Below, piece after piece: positions 20,225 through 29,398 of a stretch of DNA of 64,000 nt. Position 1 is the stretch's first letter. The number at the start of each line of letters is the position of its first letter. The notes beneath the pieces are model-generated. The model saw only the letters and a program-made list of their open reading frames with translations, did no database searches and had not been told where the DNA came from. Made by a program: the position numbers and the translations under genes. The DNA comes from a virus. The stretch lies in the IMG/VR virus record IMGVR_UViG_3300027984_000001, one strand, 5' to 3'.

Positions 20225-20442
20225 TTGCTTTTTGCCTTCTTATCCACAGAATGACTGATTTTAGCGGCTGATTCCTGTGACATCCCTTTATCCCGTGCAT
20301 TCGCATACGTCTTTTTCCCAGCGGCAGTCGTAACACCATGCGGGGCCAAATAATATCCCTTTTCCCCTTTGGTTATACTGGATTCTGAAAAACCCTTCTT
20401 TTTTGCTTCTGCTTTTGCGGATGCCATGGTTTTATTCGGCAA
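20221..20442 (-). CDS. small basic hypothetical protein
   Basis: 73 aa, Lys/Ala-rich. TTG start after a GAGGTGA SD. Confidence 0.5.
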   Translation of the reverse strand: MPNKTMASAKAEAKKKGFSESSITKGEKGYYLAPHGVTTAAGKKTYANARDKGMSQESAAKISHSVDKKAKSK

Positions 20443-20545
20443 TTCATCTCACCTCTTTACTTTTTCTTAGTTGCTTTATCAGCTTCATAACGACAGTCTT
20501 TTGCGCTATTCTTTCTACTATTAGACTTTGCCATAATATAACCCC

Positions 20546-21859
20546 CTATATTCTAAGATTAGACGTTGATATATTTGATTGTACGTCTATTAATCTTAGT
20601 AAACTCGCGGCGGAATCTGCGCAATCATCATGCTCTGCATTTTCAGTGTAATCCATAATTTCATTAAGATATTCCGGGTCTGTATCCTCCATAAAAATGA
20701 TATTATTCCATGCTCTTTTTAAATACGTACTTATTTTGACGTATTTGTTCATACTCTCATGATATGGTTCATTCGCAAACCCGCCCCGGCGGCGTATTTC
20801 TTTTGCCAAGTAACCTTTATCAGCATTATCCTCAGTAGATATACTACCCCCGAAATACTGTTCTTTAATTTTTAAAAATTCATTTAAGCAATTATCAATG
20901 TGCGTTTTGCGTATCTTCCCCAACACATATATAATATTGCCCATTTTACGCGCAATAGTGAACGCGCTCCCATCCTTACCGCCATATGCCGCGTCAATAT
21001 GACAAATGCCGTTGTATATTTTAGTTTTGTCAGCTTCAAACCTTGGCGGCGTTGTGAATAATGCATCCTCAGTTGCAATAAATTCCAACTCATAATTTGC
21101 CGCAAATAAAGAGGGCGTCATAGATTGACGAATATCCTCTATTTCATCCCGTGTCATCAAACCAGATTCAAAACACGTACACTTCACTTTGTTAGGCATT
21201 AACGTTGCCGCATCTTCCTTATGCCAACACGTTCCCGTATTAACTATGCGCCCACCGCGATTTTTTATATTCTGCAATTCAAAATATACTTGCCGTGTGT
21301 GATTACGTTCTGCCGGGCTTATCCTATCACGCATATTGATTATATCATCCGTATAAACAATATTTGCATGTTTACCAGTCAGACTGCCGCCAACGCCAAT
21401 ACCTAATAGTTGAACCGCACCCCGAACATGTGTAACTAAATTCGTACTAATTTCATTCTGGTTAGATTTTGTTAATATCAGCTTGCGCTCATATAGTTTA
21501 AACACAATATGCTGAATAACTTCACTTGTTAGTATTTTCTTTACCTGATTGATAACCTCTACTACATCGGCATCGGTCTTACGTAAGAATATAATATTAT
21601 GCTTTGGATATAATATAATACGTAATGCAATAGCAATAGAAAGACAAGTCGTTTTATAACTACCCCTGTGGGCTTGCAATGTATAGTCTAACTTGCCAAA
21701 TGCAAATTCTTTTATCCAGTCGTTATGCAAATCTGTTAATCTATCAAACCCACACCATACACCTATTTGACGTGGATTATCTTTACATAAATTCAAGTAA
21801 CTAATCTGCGGTTTCGTTAGTTTCATCATTGCCATTAATATACGCTTCAACAGCGTCAA
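20546..21859 (-). CDS. terL: terminase large subunit
   Basis: 437 aa. Walker A-like HRGSYKTT, plus a C-terminal nuclease-type acidic region. Overlaps the small-subunit gene. The true start may be an internal Met (MKLTKPQ). Confidence 0.8.
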   Translation of the reverse strand: MTLLKRILMAMMKLTKPQISYLNLCKDNPRQIGVWCGFDRLTDLHNDWIKEFAFGKLDYTLQAHRGSYKTTCLSIAIALRIILYPKHNIIFLRKTDADVVEVINQVKKILTSEVIQHIVFKLYERKLILTKSNQNEISTNLVTHVRGAVQLLGIGVGGSLTGKHANIVYTDDIINMRDRISPAERNHTRQVYFELQNIKNRGGRIVNTGTCWHKEDAATLMPNKVKCTCFESGLMTRDEIEDIRQSMTPSLFAANYELEFIATEDALFTTPPRFEADKTKIYNGICHIDAAYGGKDGSAFTIARKMGNIIYVLGKIRKTHIDNCLNEFLKIKEQYFGGSISTEDNADKGYLAKEIRRRGGFANEPYHESMNKYVKISTYLKRAWNNIIFMEDTDPEYLNEIMDYTENAEHDDCADSAASLLRLIDVQSNISTSNLRI

Positions 21860-22181
21860 TAGTTTCTGACGTTTTTTTGCTTATTTCAATTTCCTGCATA
21901 TCTTTTTGACCCAAAAAATTCTTTCCAAGGAAAATAGCCATTGCCGCGCTACTTTGTGCAAGCTGAAATTGCGACCTCCGTAAGGATATCTTCCCGCTCC
22001 CACGCTTTAATTCGAATATTTCGGAAAAATGTTTCCCGTACGTTCTAATACACCAATTATCAAGAGTTTTGTCTGAACAATCGAAAAAGAATAAAAACTC
22101 CATCAACGTACATTGCAAGCCGCATAAATTTTCAAATTGTTTTTGGTCTATTTCCTTTTTTGGCCTACCTGCTTTAGCCAA
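21801..22181 (-). CDS. terS: terminase small subunit
   Basis: 126 aa. N-terminal HTH (AGRPKKEIDQKQFENLC). Directly upstream of terL. Confidence 0.7.
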   Translation of the reverse strand: MAKAGRPKKEIDQKQFENLCGLQCTLMEFLFFFDCSDKTLDNWCIRTYGKHFSEIFELKRGSGKISLRRSQFQLAQSSAAMAIFLGKNFLGQKDMQEIEISKKTSETIDAVEAYINGNDETNETAD

Positions 22182-22189
22182 TTATATGA

Positions 22190-23041
22190 TCACCTCTTTT
22201 TCACAGATTCATCCAATATCATAGGGACGCAATTATCCCATCTTATATGATGATGCAATCTTTTATGATTATCTCCCATCTCTCTAATGGTAACACATGA
22301 CGGGGCCATCATTACAGTATAAAACGACTTTAGATACGTACCAGTATCCAAATACACATCGGACATTCCACCTTTATTTTTTTGTGTAGTAGTCTGCACT
22401 ATATTACATCTTGATGTAGACAATAATAACTTTCCCCGCATACCCAACGTAACATAAGTATTAACGTCCTCATTTATTCTACCAACAAACCAAAATCTAT
22501 TAGATGTTTTGCAAAAAAAAGTATTCATAGTTTTGCGCATAATGCCTTTAGCGTAATTCTTGCTATCAGCCCCACCGATAAAATCTCCACCTTGGGCAAA
22601 TGCGACCGTTAATGCATTTGTATCCTCCAGTAAATTTATCATACGCTGAAATACTTGATCCGCATTTTTAACCTGAATAGTCATTAGTTTATTGCCTTTT
22701 ATATATCTATATTCCAAATCGCAATAATCATCATCAAGTTCTAAAAAATATTTTAAATTAAGATTTTCTGCAATGTCAAAACAAGCATTTCTCGCATAAA
22801 CAATAGTACGCATATCGTCAAATGTATCTGCTGTATCGAACCTATTTGATATATTTAGCTTGTCAAACGTAATAACAGACTTACCATATTTTTTATAATA
22901 CTCATTCGCTGATTCATCTTTATTATCGATGATAATATATATTTTTCCAGTATATCCCACTGTTTTAAGGGTCGATAAAGTTTTGACGTTATTTGCCCTG
23001 CCGTGTGATAGAATAAAACAAGCAAAATCATTGTTCATCAA
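22190..23041 (-). CDS. GT-A-like (DxD) putative glycosyltransferase, specificity unknown
   Basis: 283 aa. Rossmann-like N-terminus FILSHGR...IYIIIDNKDE and an LELDDDY motif. No TM segment. Confidence 0.35.
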   Translation of the reverse strand: MMNNDFACFILSHGRANNVKTLSTLKTVGYTGKIYIIIDNKDESANEYYKKYGKSVITFDKLNISNRFDTADTFDDMRTIVYARNACFDIAENLNLKYFLELDDDYCDLEYRYIKGNKLMTIQVKNADQVFQRMINLLEDTNALTVAFAQGGDFIGGADSKNYAKGIMRKTMNTFFCKTSNRFWFVGRINEDVNTYVTLGMRGKLLLSTSRCNIVQTTTQKNKGGMSDVYLDTGTYLKSFYTVMMAPSCVTIREMGDNHKRLHHHIRWDNCVPMILDESVKKR

Positions 23042-23744
23042 GTAAATCCTCTAATGATTGACTAATAAAGTCGTGTAACTTAACAAAACCGTATTCAATA
23101 GCCTTATCATAATCAATGATAACAAGCCCTGATTTTTCCATCAACTCTTGAACTTCTATGCTTGCATGAACATAAAATTCTGCTATTTTCTTGTAATTAA
23201 AAACATAATGCCTGTATGCCGCCTTAATTAAAAAATCTTTAATATATTCATCTATTGAACTATTAGTTATTTCATTGATTAACTCATCGGCCTTTTCAGT
23301 ATCCAGTAAGGAATCAATATCCGGGGATTCGCCATTCAATTCATAAACCGGAGTAATAACTTTATCAGTATAAGTCGAATCATCTAGGTTATCATCATTC
23401 AATGAGAAGCCAAAACGCTCCATATTAAAATCAAACAAATCCCCTAATTCAACATCCAATAAATTCATATCCCATTCCGACAATTCCGACGTCTTATTAT
23501 CCACAAGCCTATAGGCTTTTATTTGTTGTTCCGTCAAATCATCAATAATTACACAAGGTATAGTTTGTATTTTTAACTTTTGAGCGGCCTTTACTCTTGT
23601 ATGTCCCGCAACTATTGTATTGTTTTTATCAATAATTACAGGGTTCCTGAACCCAAACTCTTTTATACTGTTAACTACAGCATTAACGGCAGAATCATTT
23701 TTGCGCGGATTATGTTCGTACATTTTAAGACTTTCAATAGACAT
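23028..23744 (-). CDS. ParB-like nuclease domain protein
   Basis: ParB N-terminal motifs (NPR, IVAGHTRVKAA). 238 aa. Confidence 0.7.
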   Translation of the reverse strand: MSIESLKMYEHNPRKNDSAVNAVVNSIKEFGFRNPVIIDKNNTIVAGHTRVKAAQKLKIQTIPCVIIDDLTEQQIKAYRLVDNKTSELSEWDMNLLDVELGDLFDFNMERFGFSLNDDNLDDSTYTDKVITPVYELNGESPDIDSLLDTEKADELINEITNSSIDEYIKDFLIKAAYRHYVFNYKKIAEFYVHASIEVQELMEKSGLVIIDYDKAIEYGFVKLHDFISQSLEDLLDEQ

Positions 23745-23761
23745 ATTATATATTTGAATAA

Positions 23762-25051
23762 TTACACCCCCTTAATCAACTCTGCTTTTTGTTTGGTAAA
23801 TTCTTCCCACCTATCAACTATTAAATCACAATAACCGCAATCTAACTCCATAATATAACAAGCCCTGTTTAATTGTTCACACGCTATCAATGTACTGCCT
23901 GACCCTCCAAACGGTTCAATAACAATATCATTAATATCAGTCATTGCTTTGACATATTCTGCCGGGAATCCAATAGGGAAAACTGCCGGATGATCTTCGC
24001 GAATAGGGCCTTTTTCGCTATATAAAGATAATACACTTGTCATTTTTTTTAACGGATTGCTTGTATCCCCAACTGCACTATATTTTGTCGACCCATCTTT
24101 TTGTCGTCTTGTATTAACAGTTCTTAAATCACGATCCTTCTTGTCCCATGTGCAATTAATATCATAGTATTTAGTCCCAAAAACAAAAACCCATTCATGA
24201 CAAATCGGAAAAAATGCATGTTGCAAACCTATACTTCCAGAATTAATCTGATTCCAGATATTCCACGCCAATAGCTTATAACCGCATTGCTTAGCTTTTT
24301 CAATGTATGCATCCCAATATTGTACGATCTCGTACTCTTTACGTTGAATACCTAAATTAATACATTGATAATCGGTATACTTTTTATAGACATCAATAAA
24401 ATTAATTAAATTGTCTATAGAAATATCCTTATCCCCTCCATAAGTCCGCATATCGGAATATGGCGGGGACGTAAATAAGATGCGCCCTTTTTGTTTATTC
24501 ATTAGCAAATCGACATCATTTACATTTGTTGAATCCCCGCATACTAGCCTATGTTTACCCAACTTATAAACATTGCCTCGTTTAGTCTTAGGTATAATAG
24601 GCGGTTCTTTGTCATACTCATCCTCAGTAATTTCAATAGTATTAATATCGTCCTGTTGAATAGCAGAAATTGAATTTATATCAAACCCAAAATCAGCCAT
24701 ATTCATATCGAATATATTGCTTAATTCATCTTTTAATATATCAATATCCCATTCAGATTCATTAGTTTTATTATCCGCAAGCCGCAATGCATTCATTTCT
24801 TCTTGCGTCAAACCTTCTGCAATAACACATGGTACAGTATTCATTTTTAGCCGCTTCGCGGCTAGTAGTCTGGCGTGGCCAATAATGATATCATTATTAT
24901 TTGAGATTACCAGTGGTTGTTGCCATCCAAATGATTTTATACTATTGGAAACCTTGGTTATTTGTTCATCAGAATGTTTTTTTGCATTCTTGGGATAAGG
25001 TTTTAAATCTTTGATAGACTTTTCAATTACTTGAATAATATCACACCCCAC
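23762..25051 (-). CDS. ParB-domain / DNA methyltransferase fusion (N6A or N4C, beta class)
   Basis: ParB N-domain (IIGHARLLAAKRL) plus motif IV TSPPY and motif I EPFGGSGST. GTG start. Confidence 0.8.
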   Translation of the reverse strand: MGCDIIQVIEKSIKDLKPYPKNAKKHSDEQITKVSNSIKSFGWQQPLVISNNNDIIIGHARLLAAKRLKMNTVPCVIAEGLTQEEMNALRLADNKTNESEWDIDILKDELSNIFDMNMADFGFDINSISAIQQDDINTIEITEDEYDKEPPIIPKTKRGNVYKLGKHRLVCGDSTNVNDVDLLMNKQKGRILFTSPPYSDMRTYGGDKDISIDNLINFIDVYKKYTDYQCINLGIQRKEYEIVQYWDAYIEKAKQCGYKLLAWNIWNQINSGSIGLQHAFFPICHEWVFVFGTKYYDINCTWDKKDRDLRTVNTRRQKDGSTKYSAVGDTSNPLKKMTSVLSLYSEKGPIREDHPAVFPIGFPAEYVKAMTDINDIVIEPFGGSGSTLIACEQLNRACYIMELDCGYCDLIVDRWEEFTKQKAELIKGV

Positions 25052-25065
25052 AAATAATGTAATCT

Positions 25066-25071
25066 ATTATA
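25066..25071 (-). promoter_or_regulatory. -10 box (GAATATAATAGATTA) upstream of the ParB-methyltransferase / late operon
   Basis: Same -10 box family as the early cassettes. No clear -35. Confidence 0.35.
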
Positions 25072-25082
25072 TTCATAAACAT

Positions 25083-25114
25083 AAAAAAACCATATATTGT
25101 ATTATATGGTTTTT
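25083..25114. terminator. bidirectional intrinsic terminator
   Basis: A-run, CCATATA/TATATGG stem, T-run. Confidence 0.6.
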
Positions 25115-25128
25115 AAAAAATTTGTCAA
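25101..25128 (-). promoter_or_regulatory. TTGACA-16-TATAAT promoter overlapping a terminator hairpin
   Basis: Consensus hexamers. The -10 lies inside hairpin 25090-25109. Confidence 0.4.
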
Positions 25129-25338
25129 CTATTTGTTTGTTGTGGGTCGATATAAAATAAATGCCCTTTCTCTTAATGGCCCGTGGCCTAATTTATTAAT
25201 GTCGTCAAACTGATAATCTATATGCACTATATCTGCGATATTATTTGCATGATTCCTTAACCACTCATTAACTTCTGATTTGAGATTCCCTTCAAACATC
25301 GAACCAAAGGTTCTAACTTCCTCTACTTGAAATAACAT
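25129..25338 (-). CDS. hypothetical protein
   Basis: 69-aa ORF abutting the thioredoxin gene. Followed by a terminator. Confidence 0.5.
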   Translation of the reverse strand: MLFQVEEVRTFGSMFEGNLKSEVNEWLRNHANNIADIVHIDYQFDDINKLGHGPLRERAFILYRPTTNK

Positions 25339-25595
25339 TAATTAAACCAGCTTTCCAGTTCATCCACTGGCATAACTTCTGTATGTGCCTTAATGGCCCA
25401 GCCATCGTCTCCCAATAACACTAATTTAGGCAACGCTGTTACATGGTATTCTTCTGCCAAACGTGGATTTAATTCTACGTCAATCAATTCCAGAATAACC
25501 TTGTCAGAATACTTACTGCAAACATTTTGAACCACAGGCTTAAATTTTTGACAAGCACTGCACCAACTGCCAGTAAAATATAATAATGTCATCAT
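25338..25595 (-). CDS. trx: thioredoxin-like protein
   Basis: WCSAC (CxxC) active-site motif at the thioredoxin position. 85 aa. Confidence 0.75.
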   Translation of the reverse strand: MMTLLYFTGSWCSACQKFKPVVQNVCSKYSDKVILELIDVELNPRLAEEYHVTALPKLVLLGDDGWAIKAHTEVMPVDELESWFN

Positions 25596-25608
25596 GACTA
25601 AATACCTC

Positions 25609-25806
25609 CTATAAAGATAATTGTTCTATGTCATCTCTTGTGTATTCAGACCTTTTGATTTTATTTTTAATAAGCTTATCAGAACGTGTCATTCCTTTTA
25701 GGATATATCCCGCTTCGCGCATGGATTGTAAAATGCTGTCGGCATAACCTCCATCCTGCTCATCCGATTGCATTAATAAAACTTTATCGCGATATACTTC
25801 AAACAT
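25609..25806 (-). CDS. hypothetical protein
   Basis: 65-aa co-directional ORF. Confidence 0.5.
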   Translation of the reverse strand: MFEVYRDKVLLMQSDEQDGGYADSILQSMREAGYILKGMTRSDKLIKNKIKRSEYTRDDIEQLSL

Positions 25807-25810
25807 GTTA

Positions 25811-26995
25811 TTAAATCATTCCTTTCGGCGTTCCGTACATATCCACAAGCCTAAATATATCAAAACTTCTTATCTGGAAATGACATTTATCAACTGGCGA
25901 ACTCCAATCTCCGCCCCACTCAAGGCCAACATCTTTTCCTATTTGACCTATTTTGTCTAAAAAATCTCCATCGTACTCATGGCCAACAATATCTTGAATA
26001 ACATCAAAGGCAAGCCCCCAGTTATGGTAGCTATATGGATATTCCGCGTTAGTAACAATATCTCCCGGAACCGTTCGACCCATAGAGTATAATTCATTCT
26101 GACGTTTTTCGCTTCTTAATGTCTCCACAACTTTTATTTTCATGCCTTCTTCATGTGCAATCTGCAATAAATTATTCATTTTATTTTGTACGTCAGGGTT
26201 CATTCCTGACCACAATTTAGTAGGCTTGTAATAATGAAACACATGTTGGGGATAATTAGAATCCCCATACGAACTGCGCCCCAATTTATTACACTGGATA
26301 GCGGAAAACAACTTTGCGTTTTCTTTCGAATATCCTCCCCTACCCTGCGCCCACGGAATAAAACCCAGTCCATAATTATAGCCTTGCAATGCTAATTTTA
26401 TACATGTTAAATCGTTCGGGGATTCCACCCCAGCCATATCCAAGGCATCCGCTAAATAGTGTATTCCGCATTGCAAAGAGTAATCTATATCTTTTATGCC
26501 ATTCGGCTCTGATGGAAATCTATTGTTATACGGACATTCCGCCGCTTGCATAATATCAGCGTGAACACCACCTGATTCCTGTTGTGCAACCGCTTTAATT
26601 AGTTTAATATATCTTTCAATGCCGTATTTCTGAGCATAATATTCAATTCTATCGGCATATCGCTCTATATTACTTGATATGCCTACAGCGGCCATATCCC
26701 CGCCACTATATAGCAACTCATTCATTGAAGCATACATGGATGTGTCCTCATTAGATATATCCGTTGAATCCATATTGCTTAAATTAACACCGTTATTATT
26801 TGTACCCCAATTTATTACATTGAACGATCCTGTCCAATCGACTTTATTTGCGACCCAATCAACCTGCGTATCAGTATTCCAGTCAACCTGATTATCTGAT
26901 CCCCATTTAATACTTTCGGCGGCAAGCGTACATACCGTTAATGGTACTGCACACGCCGCCGTTAATACAAATATTTTTAATTTATTCCCTTTCAT
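25811..26995 (-). CDS. secreted bifunctional cell-wall hydrolase (lysozyme-like/SLT + M15 peptidase)
   Basis: Signal peptide MKGNKLKIFVLTAACAVPL. AQQESGG transglycosylase motif. C-terminal M15 motifs SYHNWGLAFD and DKCHFQ. Confidence 0.75.
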   Translation of the reverse strand: MKGNKLKIFVLTAACAVPLTVCTLAAESIKWGSDNQVDWNTDTQVDWVANKVDWTGSFNVINWGTNNNGVNLSNMDSTDISNEDTSMYASMNELLYSGGDMAAVGISSNIERYADRIEYYAQKYGIERYIKLIKAVAQQESGGVHADIMQAAECPYNNRFPSEPNGIKDIDYSLQCGIHYLADALDMAGVESPNDLTCIKLALQGYNYGLGFIPWAQGRGGYSKENAKLFSAIQCNKLGRSSYGDSNYPQHVFHYYKPTKLWSGMNPDVQNKMNNLLQIAHEEGMKIKVVETLRSEKRQNELYSMGRTVPGDIVTNAEYPYSYHNWGLAFDVIQDIVGHEYDGDFLDKIGQIGKDVGLEWGGDWSSPVDKCHFQIRSFDIFRLVDMYGTPKGMI

Positions 26996-27019
26996 TTCAC
27001 TACCTCTCATTACTTATAA

Positions 27020-27637
27020 CTATTTCTGTCCATCCGGCCATTGAATATCATTTTCTTTTATTGCTTTTTGAACATCCTGTGTAATACTTGTACCGACATA
27101 AGATTCCGGGTCTATATATTGAGATTGAGTATCGTCAAAACTACCGCCATCACCGCCATGTACAATGCCCTGAGCGTCCGTATGGGTCGTACTTACCGAA
27201 CCTTCGGCGGGCGCTCTTTTATCCTCCACGTTTGGTATAAATAAATCCCAATACCATTTAGGCCCTCCGATACTTTCCATTTCCTGCGCTATTTGTTCTT
27301 GGGACTTATCTACCTTTGACCCTTGAAATGCGCTTATCGCGTCATCTAGCGCCGTCCTCCAAACTTTTTCTTGCGGGTCTGTTATTGTTTCTTTAGGCGC
27401 GTATGCCCAATCAAACGACTTCAATCTTTCATCATTTATCGTTTGTTCCGGCACGCCCTCTGCTTGCATTTCCTCCCTTGTTTTATCCCTCAAGCCGGTC
27501 GCATCATCTCCATAGGCAATCCACGATATAGTATCAGCTTCTTTCTCAGCAATAGCTTGTTTAGCAGAATCCCCTATTGCCGTTACCCCTTGCCAAACTA
27601 TTTGCTTACTTGCTTCTTTTCCTGTATCTAGTACCAT
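27020..27637 (-). CDS. hypothetical acidic protein; probably N-terminally extended to 27760/27763 with a signal anchor
   Basis: 205-aa ORF. 41 in-frame upstream codons encode KTILTIAAIIFGLYLLG right after a GGAAGGAGG SD, but the only available starts there are ATT or ATA. Confidence 0.6.
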   Translation of the reverse strand: MVLDTGKEASKQIVWQGVTAIGDSAKQAIAEKEADTISWIAYGDDATGLRDKTREEMQAEGVPEQTINDERLKSFDWAYAPKETITDPQEKVWRTALDDAISAFQGSKVDKSQEQIAQEMESIGGPKWYWDLFIPNVEDKRAPAEGSVSTTHTDAQGIVHGGDGGSFDDTQSQYIDPESYVGTSITQDVQKAIKENDIQWPDGQK

Positions 27638-27775
27638 ATTAGCGCCTTTTTGAATACTTTGCGCAAATTGGTTATTTAAATTAGGATTAGCCGAAAAATC
27701 AGTATTGCCCAGTAGATACAGACCAAATATAATAGCGGCTATTGTTAATATTGTTTTTATAATATTCCTCCTTCC

Positions 27776-29113
27776 TTACTTCATTACGCCGCTCATGGTA
27801 TCACTAATTGCATTTTTAACGTTATTGGATATTGACCCTTCCGCAAATGCCTGTGGATCCAGATATGTTTGCGGCGACTGCGTAGATTGTGATTTTTTTA
27901 TTTGTATTGACCCTTCCGATTTCACAATTAACTTTTGCGAGTTAACAAATACTGCTGGCGTCGGCGTCGGCGTCGGCGTGGCCTGTTTTGGCTTTGCCGT
28001 GGGCTTAGGTGTATTTGTGCTAACCCGAACATCTCCAGATTTTTCTTTCGACTTTGGCTCCTGTTTCTTTTCCTGAACCGGCGCGGATGTTTCTTCATTC
28101 TGTGCCGGTTCAACCGGTTGATTATCTTCACTATTTATCACAATAGGTGTAGGCGCTGGCGCTTGCGTCGGCGCAGACGTGGGAACCAGCGTTAGTTTAT
28201 TTTTGATTTCCACGTCTGGCCTTAACCGCAATATAGCCTTTGCACTTGATACGCCGGATGAATCAAGCGGAATCTTTCCCGCTCGCATTCTTATTAAAGC
28301 ACTCGCATTATCTGTATTAGACATAGGTACAACTTTTGACGCGTACAAATCTTTATACAATAAAGACATCCCGCCATCTAACAAAGTGTAAATTTCCCCG
28401 TCTAACACATATATATCACCCGGTTGCGCCTTGTCATGACCGGGCCAAATAAATACCGCCAAATCCGGCCTGTCGGTTAATGACATCAACATATCCACAG
28501 TAGTTGACCCAAATGGTAGAACCAAGCCATCCTTTAGTAAGGTATACGCGTGCCCATCAGCGGCAATCATTATATCACCCGGCACGGCATCTTCAGGCTT
28601 TACCAATACTGTTTCCTGTGCTATTTGCTCGGGCGTTTTCCATGGGTCAGGTTGTGGGATCGGCGTCAATGTAGGGGAGTCTGTTTCCTGCCCTTGCGTT
28701 TGTTCAACTGTATTATCTGCTTGCGCATTATCCACAACCTGAGTATTGTCAACCGGCGGCTGATTTTGATTTACTGCCATTATCGCGCCCTGTACAGCGT
28801 CAGATATTAGTTGTTTTATTTCATCAGCCGTCATCGTGTCTGACGACGGTTGTTGTTGAATATTTTGGGTATCAGTAATACTGCTCAAATCTTGAGTATC
28901 AGTATTACTGCCCAATAATTGTTTATTTGATACCTGCGCCGTGCTACTATCGTTTGGATCATACACATGCACAGTATAAGGATTACTTGTCGGTTGCCAT
29001 ATCGCGTTTAATGCGGCGGCTGTCTGTTGTGTAGCTGTTTGGGCATTAGATGTATTGATATTAATAATACCGTTATAATATAAAATGCCCATAATACCTA
29101 CAATAAACAACAC
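27776..29113 (-). CDS. membrane-anchored Pro/Thr/Gln-rich protein
   Basis: 445 aa. N-terminal TM (FIVGIMGILYY), low-complexity linkers including (TP)4. Confidence 0.6.
   Translation of the reverse strand: MLFIVGIMGILYYNGIININTSNAQTATQQTAAALNAIWQPTSNPYTVHVYDPNDSSTAQVSNKQLLGSNTDTQDLSSITDTQNIQQQPSSDTMTADEIKQLISDAVQGAIMAVNQNQPPVDNTQVVDNAQADNTVEQTQGQETDSPTLTPIPQPDPWKTPEQIAQETVLVKPEDAVPGDIMIAADGHAYTLLKDGLVLPFGSTTVDMLMSLTDRPDLAVFIWPGHDKAQPGDIYVLDGEIYTLLDGGMSLLYKDLYASKVVPMSNTDNASALIRMRAGKIPLDSSGVSSAKAILRLRPDVEIKNKLTLVPTSAPTQAPAPTPIVINSEDNQPVEPAQNEETSAPVQEKKQEPKSKEKSGDVRVSTNTPKPTAKPKQATPTPTPTPAVFVNSQKLIVKSEGSIQIKKSQSTQSPQTYLDPQAFAEGSISNNVKNAISDTMSGVMK
27957..27980. repeat. tandem hexamer (GGCGTC)x4 encoding (Thr-Pro)n
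   Basis: Seen directly. Explains the spurious Arg-rich ORFs on both strands here. Confidence 0.8.
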
Positions 29114-29136
29114 AAATAATCCTGAATTGTTTCCCC

Positions 29137-29394
29137 TCAGACAGCATCACCTCTCGGGCCTATCCAGTCATAATGACAAACCTCCGGTAATAAACATGTG
29201 TAATGACCGTCCAGTAATCCATAATGGCGGCAAACCTCACACGTTATCATAGGCCGTTGATCCTCTATAGCTAATTCTAAGGCGTGTATTAAAAACCGCA
29301 CGTCGGAAATATTTACCTTTCGGGATGTATCATCATCCAGTTTATCCTTTATATCCTCTATTCTTTCCCTATAATCCATGCCCTCACTTCCCAT
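29137..29394 (-). CDS. small Cys/His-rich protein downstream of tubZ
   Basis: 85 aa (or 80 aa from MDYRE). CxxC...C...C pattern. Confidence 0.5.
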   Translation of the reverse strand: MGSEGMDYRERIEDIKDKLDDDTSRKVNISDVRFLIHALELAIEDQRPMITCEVCRHYGLLDGHYTCLLPEVCHYDWIGPRGDAV

Positions 29395-29398
29395 GCCT

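Noticed and set aside
22190-23041. Assigning the GT-A-like protein specifically to the TET-associated DNA glycosyltransferase family (hypermodified DNA).
   Set aside because: No TET/JBP, hydroxymethylase or thymidylate-synthase-like gene is present in the window. The similarity is only a general Rossmann plus DxD impression, so I kept it as a generic GT-A-like call.
27928-28195. Arg-rich ORFs (RRRRRR) on both strands.
   Set aside because: They are artefacts of the (GGCGTC)4 repeat and the Pro/Thr-rich coding frame of the real 445-aa gene.
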